DNA from: Eledone cirrhosa
Lineage: Eukaryota
Direction: 5' to 3'
Assembly (NCBI GenBank): GCA_964016885.1
Contig: OZ024740.1
Coordinates: 35,898,001 to 35,962,000 of the forward strand
DNA length: 64,000 nucleotides
Shown: piece by piece, positions 41,881-53,300 of the stretch
How positions within the stretch are numbered: the stretch's first letter is position 1
How the letters are laid out: every line of letters starts with the position of its first letter
Notes under the pieces: model-generated
What the model was told of the DNA's origin: nothing
The model's input: the letters and a program-made list of their open reading frames with translations, nothing else
The model's database searches: none
Made by a program: the position numbers and the translations under genes

Positions 41881-42035
41881 ACTCTGTTTAGCTCTACACC
41901 TCGCCACTGTCGTGAACCTAAACATTGACTGCTCACCTGGGTCAACCTACAGTAACTTCACGTTACGGTCCCTGGATATATATATATATACATACACATA
42001 CACACACATATATATATATATACACATATATATAT

Positions 42036-42094
<59 letters not shown>

Positions 42095-42111
42095 CACATA
42101 TATATATACAT

Positions 42112-42146
<35 letters not shown>

Positions 42147-42366
42147 ATAATAATAATATTAATACTTATATATAAACTATATATAATTATAAACAGGAAA
42201 GGTCAGTATTTTTTTATTTTTTACCACATTATTACCAGTATGAAAAATAGCTGAATGTAAATACATCAGATGTCTTACAAAGCAGGAAAATAAAGTGCAG
42301 AACAATCAAAACTATGTTTAATACATTTTATTGCTGACAATCGTTTCTTCCAAACAGCCGTTTAGA

Positions 42367-42404
<38 letters not shown>

Positions 42405-42407
<3 letters not shown>

Positions 42408-42890
42408 CGTTTCTGAATTTTTTTAGCAAGATTCTTTATCTGAAAACGTGTGTTGAAACCGATATTGTTATACTTTGGGAGGGTCATGTTGCTAATAAGA
42501 AACACATGCACCAGTTGCTTTCACTCCAATTTATTATAAATTAAATTATAAATTTAAATAATTTATAAATTTCCGGTTGGCTGGTTGGTTCCACAACCGG
42601 AAGGTTGTTCATATATTGTCAAAGTTCTTTCGTCACACATTCTGTGACCTCTTCAGTGACTGGGGTTCTTTTCTTTGTTTTGTGCCTCTCCTTTGTTGTC
42701 CTACGCCATCTTGTTTTTGTGTGACACAAAAACAAGATGGCGTAGGACAGAACAAAGGAGAGGCAACCAACCAACAGGAAATTTATAAATTTTTTAAATT
42801 TATAATTTAATTTATAATAAATTGGAGTGAAAGCCACTGGGGCGTGTGTTACTTATTGGCAACATGACCCTCCCAAAGTATAACAATATA
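42405..42890. mobile_element. Non-coding fold-back Penelope pLTR element, ~95 bp upstream of an exon
   Basis: Tail motif atattgttatactttgggagggtcat in both orientations; central palindrome at ~42690-42760; hammerhead at 42618-42660. Confidence 0.75.
42618..42660 (-). ncRNA. Minimal type I hammerhead ribozyme motif
   Basis: Minus strand: gtca-CTGAAGA-g-gtcac[agaatgt]gtgac-GAAA-gaac-TT-tgac. Confidence 0.7.
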
Positions 42891-42983
42891 TATATATATT
42901 AACGAAGCTAATTACACAATATATCAAACATATATTTGTCTTAATTTTTCATTTTAACGATTTCTTTTTATTTTCCGTGTTAG

Positions 42984-43187
42984 GCTAGCGGAACCAAATT
43001 TGGAATTATTGTGCAGTCGGCTGCAATTTTGTTAACAGGAATAATTTCATCTCTCATATATGGATGGCGTTTGGCGCTAATTGTTTTCGCTTTCCTCCCG
43101 TTTTTGGTGATGGCTGGTTTAATTGAAAATAGATTAATGACAAATTCACTAAATCAAAGTTCTAGCGCAATGAAGGAGATAGTAAAA
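42984..43187 (+). CDS. ABCB1: ABCB1-like exon (TM9-TM10), 204 bp, phase 0/0
   Basis: Pyrimidine tract and tAG acceptor, GTAAGT donor. Translates ASGTKFGIIVQSAAILLTGIISSLIYGWRLALIVFAFLPFLVMAGLIENRLMTNSLNQSSSAMKEIVK. Confidence 0.95.
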
Positions 43188-43639
43188 GTAAGTATCATTT
43201 TTCAGGCATTCTTTTTTGTTGTTAAGAAACCTCAACTATTTGTTAAGAGTCTTCTAATCTGTGTCTCTATATATTCCACACGATCAATTTATGTTAACCA
43301 TCATCTTAATAAGGAGTTTACAAGAGTGTGTGTTGACCTAATTTTTCCTTATTAAAATATTAAATCTATTTTAGACATCCGATAAGGAGGCCCCCAGAAG
43401 GTCACACGACTTGCTGGAAAATATACTATTTTACCACACCAAAGGAAGAGCGCAATGGATATATGTAGTCTTGGTAGGCTGAACATCACCCCTCCCCCCA
43501 AAAAAACTCGAAACAAAACAAAACAAAACAACCCCCCTCCCCCCGCCGCAAATAAACAAAAACGGGATAGTCGCAGCTGAAATATTGATTATTGATCTGA
43601 TTGATCAGAAATGTTCTGGAACAAAACACAAATAACAAC

Positions 43640-44600
43640 TAAAGTGGAAGTTATTCCAGTTGTTGGGGCTTTGGTGTGACCACGAAGAACATCTAAACTT
43701 GGATTTCAAAGATTAATGTGGAAATTTGGATGGAATTACTACAAAAGACTGTGCTAATTCCTTACTATATTTGTATGCTAACTGATCGTTAAATAAATGA
43801 TTTTACTAAATTTCGCCTCAGATATCAAAAGATGAAGGGGTAAGGAACGTGAAAGTAGATGAAAAAAAAAGGAGTTGCATGGTCGATTTGCAAGAGATGT
43901 TGGCAGAAAAAACGTTGTGAATGGGAGAGTAGGAAGTGGCTGACAAAAAGATGCTTGAAACCAGAAACTGAAGCTCTGATTTGTGCAGTACAAGACAAAC
44001 TATAGCGGAGACAAGTGAAGGATGCCATTAGAGTCTCGAGCTGGAGGTTTGCACGTAAGGGGACAAGAAGTACATATCCGCAATAAGACTGACTTAAATA
44101 TAACACGATTGATTCAGACAACAAAATATTGGTCTGGTCATGCTTTGGTGCGCAGTACATTTAAAATGAAGTCTAAGTCTGTCATAAAAGATAACCAGAA
44201 ACAACTTCCAAATAAGTTAGATGTGTCAAAGCTCAAATCTGATACAACCTAAAACATACTCTCGCGGCATGGATGTAAAACTACAGGCTATTGATAAGAA
44301 ATGCAGAGGAATCATGGGGTCATTTAAGAGATACAATTTATAAGTTATTTATAGAGGTACTTGGTTTTTCTCATCGAAAACATCAAAACTGCTTCAATAA
44401 AAATAATGAAGTCATCAACATAGATTTCCAAGAAATGTTTAGACTACATAAGGAATAGATTGCTGACAGAAACTCTTGCCAACACAACAAAAAAGAACAA
44501 CAACAACAAACAGACAAACAAAAGACAATATAAAGTAACCAAAAGATCAGTACAAGCTGCTTTCACATGAGATATCAGAGGCAAATATGTAAAGCAAAAT
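43640..44600 (+). mobile_element. Old, decayed LINE remnants (Dong-like, then RTE-like)
   Basis: VIPVVGAL-like and KWLTKRCLKPETEALICAVQ pieces; LPNKLDVSKLKS and GFSHRKHQNCF pieces. Confidence 0.45.
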
Positions 44601-45109
44601 GGATGATTGAATGAGGAACAGTGTTATCTTGTTTATGATATTCCTGACATAGAAACGTTTTAATTAGGACACAATTAAGGTGATGTGGTTATGTTTTGCG
44701 AATGAATGAATTCCAAAGCAAGTATTTGTGAACAATTAGATAATTCACGGTGTAAGATTGGTAACCCCGTTGTTATAGTAGAAGACAAATTGAGGGATGA
44801 TTTAACCTCCCAATATAAACAGTTATGACTGGGAGGTTATAAAAAACAAACCAAAAACAAACAAACAAAATGACTGGAGAAGACAGTGCCATATAAGACT
44901 GGTAAACTTCGAAGTACCAATAATCCTCTACTATGGCATGATGCATGAAAGCAGAAAGCGAAACCATAAAATATCAATAATCTTACAAACTATCACCGCT
45001 CCGACTGTAACTTTTCGGCCATGTCAAATTCTGACTTAACTAGCGGTCTCAAAGTAATTTATATTCTGACATATGTAATTTATAATTATCTGTGTAAAAC
45101 ACAATATAA

Positions 45110-45276
45110 TGGTTTCTGATTTTCTCACAAGGTCAACAATTTTGGGGGAGGGGAAAGTCGATTAAACCGGTACTTTATTTTATTGACCCCGTAAGGATGA
45201 AAAACGTAAAGAGACGTAACTATATGCCGCGAAGCATTTTGTCCGACGCTCTACCGATACTGTCAATCGACCACCC
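45110..45276 (-). mobile_element. Diverged OK/Nin-like SINE
   Basis: ggtactttattttattgaccccgtaaggatgaaa ... gtccgacgctctaccgatactg. Confidence 0.6.
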
Positions 45277-45304
45277 TTTTAAATTGTAAATAATTATTTC
45301 TTTA

Positions 45305-45381
<77 letters not shown>

Positions 45382-45419
45382 ACATTACAGATATTAATAA
45401 ACCAAAACCAAATGAATAT

Positions 45420-46365
45420 ATAACTAGGGAATGTAACGTCCAGGTGCTGTAGGGAGCCATGCTCAGAATTATACTGAAGGAGAGGACAATAGACCAGGGG
45501 ATGTCCAAGGAGGAAATAACAGCAAGGAGGAAGAGCAACCTTCATGAAAAATCCCTTCATAGTACCTTCTTTGATAAAACTGAATTTAGTGATCCACAGA
45601 CTTGAACTGGTTAAAAACAGGAGACCTTAAAAAGGCTACAGAAGGAATGCTAATGGCTGCTCAAGAGCAGGCCCTCAGAACGAAGTGGGTGAAACACCAT
45701 ATTTACAAAGAGGAGGCTAGCCCACTGTGTAGGATCTGTGGAGAGAGAGAGGAGAATGTGGCTCACATTGTATCCGAGTGTAAACACCTAGCCCAGACTC
45801 ACTATAAAGGCTGATGTGATGGGCAGGGTGATCCACTGGCACCTATGCAAAGTAAACAATTTACCACATTCTGAGAAGTGGTATGAGCATAAGCCAGAGT
45901 CGGTGATAGAAAACGATCAGGTGAAGGTGCTATGGGATTTTAGGATACAGACAGACGAGAAACTGGAACACAATAGGCATGACCTGGTAGTTTTGGACAA
46001 GGAAAAAAGATCATGCCTGATTGTAGATGTAGCCTGCCCATTTGACACGAGAGTGCAAGAAAAGGAGAGGGAGAAAATTAACCGATACCAAGACTTAAAG
46101 TGGAAGGTAAAAAGGATTTGGAACTGCTATGAAGTCAGAGTCGTCCCGATTGTCATAGGCGCACTATGTACTATCTCAAAGAGTTTCCAAGGATGGTTAA
46201 CGAAAATTAGTCCAGCCCCGCTTTTTGGAACACTTCAAAAGGCATGATTGCTGGGAACAGCAAGAACCCTCCGATACGTTCTGAATATCTGAGGCTGCAG
46301 GTAGCGGCTTGATATTCATTTCAACAAACTTTCCAGTTAAATAACATCAATGACAGAGACTCAAA

Positions 46366-46366
<1 letters not shown>
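45420..46366 (+). mobile_element. 5'-truncated Dong-like RLE LINE (family 1), (TAA)n tail
   Basis: LKKATEGMLMAAQEQAL..CRICG..HIVSEC; WDFRIQTD..; PIVIGAL; stops and a frameshift. Confidence 0.88.
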
Positions 46367-46409
<43 letters not shown>

Positions 46410-46410
<1 letters not shown>

Positions 46411-47298
46411 AGTAGGCCAGGGGATACCCAAGGAGGAAATAACATCAAGGAGGAAGAGCAGCCTTAAGGGAAAATCCCTTCATAGTACCTTCTTTGAGAA
46501 AACTGAATTTAGAGATCCACAGACATGGAACTGGTTGAGAAGAGGAGACCTCAAAAAGGCTACAGAAGGAATGCTAATGGCTGCGCAGGAGCAGGCCCTC
46601 AAAACGAAGTGGTTGAAGCACCATATCTACAAGGAGGAGGCTAGCCCACTGTGCAGGATCTGTGGAGAGAGAGAGGAGACTGTGGCTCACATTGTGTCCG
46701 AGTGTAAACACCTAGCCCAGACCCACTATAAGGGCTGGAGACACGATGTGATGGGCAGGGTGATCCACTGGCACCTGTGCAAAGTAAACAATCTACCACA
46801 TTCTGAGAAATGGTATGAGCATAGGCCAGAGGCGGTGATGGAGAACAGTCAGGTGAAGGTGCTGTGGGATTTTAGGATACAGACGGACAAAAAACTGGAA
46901 CACAATAGACCTGACCTGGTGGTTGTGGACAAAGAAAAAAGATCGTGCCTGATTGTGGATGTGGCCTGCCCGTTCGACACGAGAGTGCAAGAGAAGGAGA
47001 GGGAGAAAATTAACCGATACCAGGACCTAAAGTGGGAGGTGAAAAGGATTTGGAACTGCCATGAAGTCAAAGTGATCCCGATTGTCATAGGCGCACTGGG
47101 GACTATCTCCAAAGGTTTCCAGGGATGGTTAAAGAAAATCGGCCCCTTCACGCTTTTTGGAACGCTTCAAAAGGCATGCTTGCTTGGAACGGCAAGAACC
47201 CTCCGATACGTCCTGAATATCTGAGGCTGCAGGTAGTGGCTTGATATTCAATCCAACGGACTTTCCAGTTAACCAACATCAATGACTGAGATTCAAGG
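46410..47298 (+). mobile_element. 5'-truncated Dong-like RLE LINE (family 1), open C-terminal frame
   Basis: ORF 46535-47224 with CCHC finger, RHD, RPDLVVVD..IVDVACP.D, KINRYQDL; (TAA)n on both sides. Confidence 0.9.
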
Positions 47299-47325
47299 AA
47301 TAACAATAATAATAATAATAATAAT

Positions 47326-50300
47326 GTTTTCTTTATTAACCACAAGGGTTCACATAAAGTAGACATTAAGGACAGTACAGGACAATACAGGACGGTACAA
47401 ATGGGCATTTCTGCGTGTAAAAAAACAGAGGTTGAAATAAAATAACAAAGAAAAATTCCCCAATAGGGGGGAGACTTCCAAGGGACATTTGTGGAGAAAG
47501 CCCATTAAAAGACCACAGTGGCCCTGACCACCAGGGCAAGTGCCCTCTCCCAGTTTTCCACCTTTAATTTACAGACACATGCTCAGAGAAGGCCCATTCA
47601 CTCGGGCCATACCCGCCTCTCTCACCCATCTTTCAACAAAATGCTGGGAAGAGAGCACTTCCCTCTCTACCCTGATTTTCCTTTTCAAATGAAATTTGAA
47701 AAAGTTAATCAGGGCATCACCGAAGAGGTAAGTGCTCGTCTTCAGCCCTTTCAAACGTGTCCACCATACTATCTCTTTCGCCATGGCCACCAGACAGATA
47801 AAAACTGCCTGCCCTTCCAGGCTAAAGGAAGGGGGCGGGGCAATCCTCACGATGGACTCAGCTGATAGCTGGATCCGTCCTACACGTGACAGCAGGTGTT
47901 CGACATAAACCCACAAGTCAGCAATGCTCGGACACTGGACGAGTGCGGGCAGGACGGTTTCGTCGCCCTGCGCGCATCTGGGACATGCCCGGCTGAAGGC
48001 ACCTCCATGCCTGTAGAGTTTATCCCGAACTGGCAAAGCTCCTCGGTAGCACTGCCAGGCCAGGGATTTCTGGAAGTTGTCCATAGGCCCCGGCCCGAAA
48101 GTCCTTCCGAAGAGATTGGCTAGTTGATTTTCGTCGACGCCTAGAGTTTCTCCAAGTACGTCGTCGCTCTTCCCCTCCACTAATCCCCTATAGAACGCCA
48201 AGGTGGAGTTTCCACCGATCACATTGCCCGATTGGTCGAGGGCTGTGAGCGCCTGAAGACATTCCAGTCTCCAAGCGCTCCCTCTCGGTCTTCGCTTGGC
48301 CCAGGACTGCAGCTCCGTCAAGGAGACGAGCTGGGGAAAAACGTGTCTTGCAACCGGCGACCACACCTGATCACCGTCGAGGAAGAGGTGGAGATGTCGT
48401 AGCCTGAGCGCGTGTCTGCGCATCATCAGCCATGGCATGCCCAGCCCTCCACGTAGCGGGTGTTGACAGCAGATGGACCGCCTGACCATCGGAGCGCGTC
48501 CCTTCCACAAGAAGCGAAAGAGCAAACGCTCCAGCGCAGTCAGGCGGGGCTTAGGACAAGGTACGACGGTCAGGCGGTAGTAGATGACGGATGCGATGTA
48601 CGCATTCGCCACCTCCGCTCGACCTTTCAGGGATAGCTTCCTCTCGGCCCATTTCTGGGTGAGAGACGCCACCCTGCTCGTCACCTCGTCCCAGTTTTTG
48701 TCCGTCTGGAGGTCTGGACCGAACCAGACCCCTAGCAATTTAACCGGTCCGTCCAGCGCCCGACGACGCTGTTGGACGGCATGGACCTACCTCTCCAGGT
48801 GCCGAGCTGCAGGCCCACTGACTTTTCCTGGTTGATCATTGCTCCTGTCACCGCTTCGTATTTTCTTAGTGTAGTGCCGATCGCCTCGATGTGTTTGGCG
48901 TTCGACACCACTACGGTGACATCGTCGGCATATGCTGACACGGATCTTCCGCATCCTAGTTCGCGCGGGACCCCCTCAACGTCTCCAGTTTGTGCAGTAA
49001 TGGCTCGAGAGTCAATACGTACAATAGGGACGAGAGGGGACATCCTTGGCGGACCGAGCGCATGATGTTGAACGGTTCCGAAAGGTGACCGTTCACTCTC
49101 ACTACAGAGCAGATGTCGCTGTGCATGGCAGCGATCCAGCCTCTGAAGACGGGCCCAAAGCCAGCCGCCCTCAGGACTGCCGTTAGGTAACGATGGTCGA
49201 CACTATCGAAGGCTTTCGACTGATCTAAATTGATCAAAGACCCACCCGTGCCAGGTTCCCTAGCTACCCTCTCTACGATGTATCGCATGAGGTGGAGGTT
49301 GTCGTGGATGGATCTGTCGGGAATGGCGCATGTCTGTGCCTCTCCCACCAGACCACCAACGACAAGCGCCAACCTCTTTGCTAGCACCTTGGCCAAAATC
49401 TTGAACTCTGTGTTTAGCAGAGTTATGGGCCTAAAATTATCTATGTTATCCCCCTTGTTCGGATCCTTTCTCAGCAGCGCCACGGCTCCTCGGCTCACAG
49501 AGCTGGGAATTCTCCCGTTCTGTTGCCAGTTGCAGTAGACGTCCGCCAAGAGGCCTCCGAACAAGTTTGGCATTTGTACGTAAAGTTAATAGTGCAGACC
49601 ATCCAAACCAGGCGATTTACCCCTTGTGCAACTAGTCATTTTCATCCCGTACTTCAGCGGTTGTTATCGGCTTTTCGCAACACTCCGCCTCAGTGGCCGA
49701 AAGCCGCGGCAGTCCGTCGAGGTAGACACTAAAGTCCATCCCTCGATCCGGCCCGCCACTGCCCCCGAACAGTTGAGCGAAGTGTCGCTGAAAAGCTTCA
49801 CACATTTGCCCGGGATCGAGTAGCATGCGCCCGTCGTGGTCCACCAAAGACCGGATCGTGGCTTTGTTGCCACGACGCGCCTCCGCCACTCGGGCCCATT
49901 GAACGGCTTTCGTCCCCTCGTGTCTGAGAGCACGCACCCTAGCTCTGACAACGCAGCCTTCGTGCTTTGCATTGAAGAATTGGTCAAGGGCCAATTTCGC
50001 CGCAAGTACGTCGGTCGCGATGCCTTTGCTAAGCGCCTCATCTAATTTTCTAACTAATTCTCCCTCTGCTCTATTTTTCTCTATTGCTAAAGTCTTACTA
50101 AACCTAATGGACTCTATTCTAATTGCTCTTTTCAGAGCAAACCACCACTTGTTGTTGACGATGGCCCCCGTCAACGCCCGCTTAACTAGTTCGCTAATCC
50201 GGTCTCTGTAGGCCTTGCGCGCTGGTAAGGACGCGTTTAGCTTCCAGTAGCCGGGTCCTCGTCTATGAAGCCTATCTAAGTCAAGCACACAGATCACGAA

Positions 50301-53300
50301 TTTGTGGTCCGTGTAGCTGACTATCTTGAATTGTGGACAGCCTATGCTAGACCTATCTATTTCCCTACAAAATACTCTATCTAGATATGATCTGGATGAC
50401 CCTATGCGATTTGTCCAAGTCCACATTGGTACATTCGGGAAATCCATTCGGTACCTGTCAGACAGTTCAAAACGTCTGAGCAGGTTGGTGAGACTCTTGC
50501 ACCCTCCTTCCCTATCCACTAATCCCACACAATCCCAGCGTGCATCTAAGATCCCGTTCCAGTCGCCTACTAACACTAAAGAGCGGGACGTTCCAAGAAA
50601 GGTCTCCAGACGCCGGAAGAAATCAGGCCGCCCTGCTCCTGTCGGGGCATAGACGGCCACTAACCTGAAAGCTTGCCCGTCTCCGCTGGTCACGTCCAGC
50701 ACCACCAACTTACCTTCTGGGTCCAGGAAGATGGCCCTTATGGCAAGATCCAAACCTCTCCGAAAAAGCACAGCAACTCCTCCCCCCGATCCCGGACGGC
50801 TGGGAGATGCGTACACATCGTAGCCGCCGAAGATCGGTGCGAAAGCCTGTGCTTCGGAGATTCTGGTCTCGCTGATGGCCACTACATCTATGTTTAGTGA
50901 CCTGAGGTCGTTGAGCAGGTGGCCCTGCTTCCATGACGACCCCAAGCCACGCGCATTTATGCTGCCTATTCTGAGTGAGGTCATGTTGAAAAGGAGTGGA
51001 AAAGATGGGAAAGACCACTTACCTTACTTCTCGTAGGGGAAGGACGGCTTTTCCATCCTTTTCACTGCTTGTGGCCTCCTCAGGAAGGATGTCCTTATAA
51101 ATCCTCCTGGAGAGTGCTTGTCGGAAGTCTCCGATGTCTTTGGAGAATTTTTGTTTTAGTGTCATGTACGTTTTCTGTGTGATGCGAGTGATTTGTATGT
51201 GTGGAGGTGGTGTGAATTTTGGGGTTGTTGTGTAGTCTTTTTCTGTGATGCTGGTGTTGTGTTGGATGTAGTGTAATAATTGCTTGTTGTTCAAATTTAA
51301 TGCTGTGTAATGTGTATCGTTTTGGTTGTTTTGTTTTGTTTGCGTTTGTTGTGGGTTTGTTTCTGTTTCGCATTTTGGTGACTTTTGTGGTGTAGGTGAA
51401 GGTGGTGTTGGAGTTAATGATGGTGATGGTGTTGGTGTTTGGGTTGATGGGGTTGGTGATGCTGGTGTGGATGGTGGCATATCTGTCCAAACTTTTTTGT
51501 TTCTTAGTTTATTTGTTTCCCTCTGTATTTTGTTTTTGGAGGGGGAAGGAAGAGAATTTTTTCTTTTTTGGTTTCTTTTTTTTTTTCCGGATATCGTTTC
51601 CCACTCCTCGTCGTCACAATCTGTCTCCAGTTGTGATAGGCCGGGGAGTGGAAAATCCTCCACAGCCGTTAGTTTTGGTTGTGGTGTGGTGGACGGTGTA
51701 GGCGCTGGTGCTAGTTCTGAAGCGTTGGGTGGTGGTGGTGTTGGTTTTGCTGGTGGTGGTGGTGGTGTTGGTTTTGCTACTGTTGCTGGGGTTGTTGCTG
51801 TTATAGTTGCTTCTGTTGTTGCTGCTACAGTTGTTGCTGCCATCTCTGCTACTGGTGGTGTTGATGGTTGTGTCACTGGGGTGGGTAGGAGAGGTGGCCT
51901 CAACCTTTTAGCCTGAGGGCAGAAAGCCCTTAGGTGGGTTCCTTCACCACAAACGACGCACCTAGGTCTCCTGCCCTCGACAATTACCGTGAGGTGGCTG
52001 CCGTCAGTGAGGTCTATTACCTCTGGGATCTCCTCAATGCTTTTTTGGTCCGCTTGGATCAGGAGCTACATCCCAGATCCGGACCAGTTTTCCTGCTTTT
52101 CTTTTGCTACTGCTATTATTTTCGTGTTGGCTTCGATGCCGGCGAGGACAGCCGCTATTAGCCAGGGAATTTCGATGGCCGGTGGAACGAGCCTCTGGCT
52201 ACAATAGCTTGGGACGAGTGCTATTAATACGTACTTCAGCGGCTGTTATCGGCTTTTCGCAACACTCCGCCTCAGTGGCCGAAAGCCGCGGCAGTCCGTC
52301 GAAGTAGACACTAAAGTCCATCCCTCGATCCGGCCCGCCACTGCCCTCGAACAGTTGAGCGAAGTGTCGCTGAAAAGATTCACACATTTGCCCGGGATCA
52401 AGTAGCATGCGCCCGTCGTGGTCCACCAAAGACCGGATCGTGGCTTTGTTGCCACGACGCGCCTCCGCCACTCGGGCCCATTGAACGGCTTTCGTCCCCT
52501 CGTGTCTGAGAGCACGCACCCTAGCTCTGACAACGCAGCCTTCGTGCTTTGCATTGAAGAATTGGTCAAGGGCCAATTTCGCCGCAAGTACGTCGGTCGC
52601 GATGCCTTTGCTAAGCGCCTCATCTAATTTTCTAACTAATTCTCCCTCTGCTCTATTTTTCTCTATTGCTAAAGTCTTACTAAACCTAATGGACTCTATT
52701 CTAATTGCTCTTTTCAGAGCAAACCACCACTTGTTGTTGACGATGGCCCCCGTCAACGCCCGCTTAACTAGTTCGCTAATCCGGTCTCTGTAGGCCTTGC
52801 GCGCTGGTAAGGACGCGTTTAGCTTGCAGTAGCCGGGTCCTTGTCTATGAAGCCTATCTAAGTCAAGCACACAGATCACGAATTTGTGGTCTGTGTAGCT
52901 GACTATCTTGAATTGTGGACAGCCTATGCTAGACCTATCTATTTCCCTACAAAATACTCTATCTAGATATGATCTGGATGACCCTATGCGATTTGTCCAA
53001 GTCCACATTGGTACATTCGGGAAATCCATTCGGTACCTGTCAGACAGTTCAAAACGTCTGAGCAGGTTGGTGAGACTCTTGCACCCTCCTTCCCTGTCCA
53101 CTAATCCCACACAATCCCAGCGTGCATCTAAGATCCCGTTCCAGTCGCCCACTAACACTAAAGAGCGGGACGTTCCAAGAAAGGTCTCCAGACGCCGGAA
53201 GAAATCAGGCCGCCCTGCTCCTGTCGGGGCATAGACGGCCACTAACCTGAAAGCTTGCCCGTCTCCGCTGGTCACGTCCAGCACCACCAACTTACCTTCT

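Noticed and set aside
43011-43355. 114-aa ORF as a stand-alone membrane protein
   Set aside because: It is the ABCB1-like exon 42984-43187 read through its GTAAGT donor into the intron.
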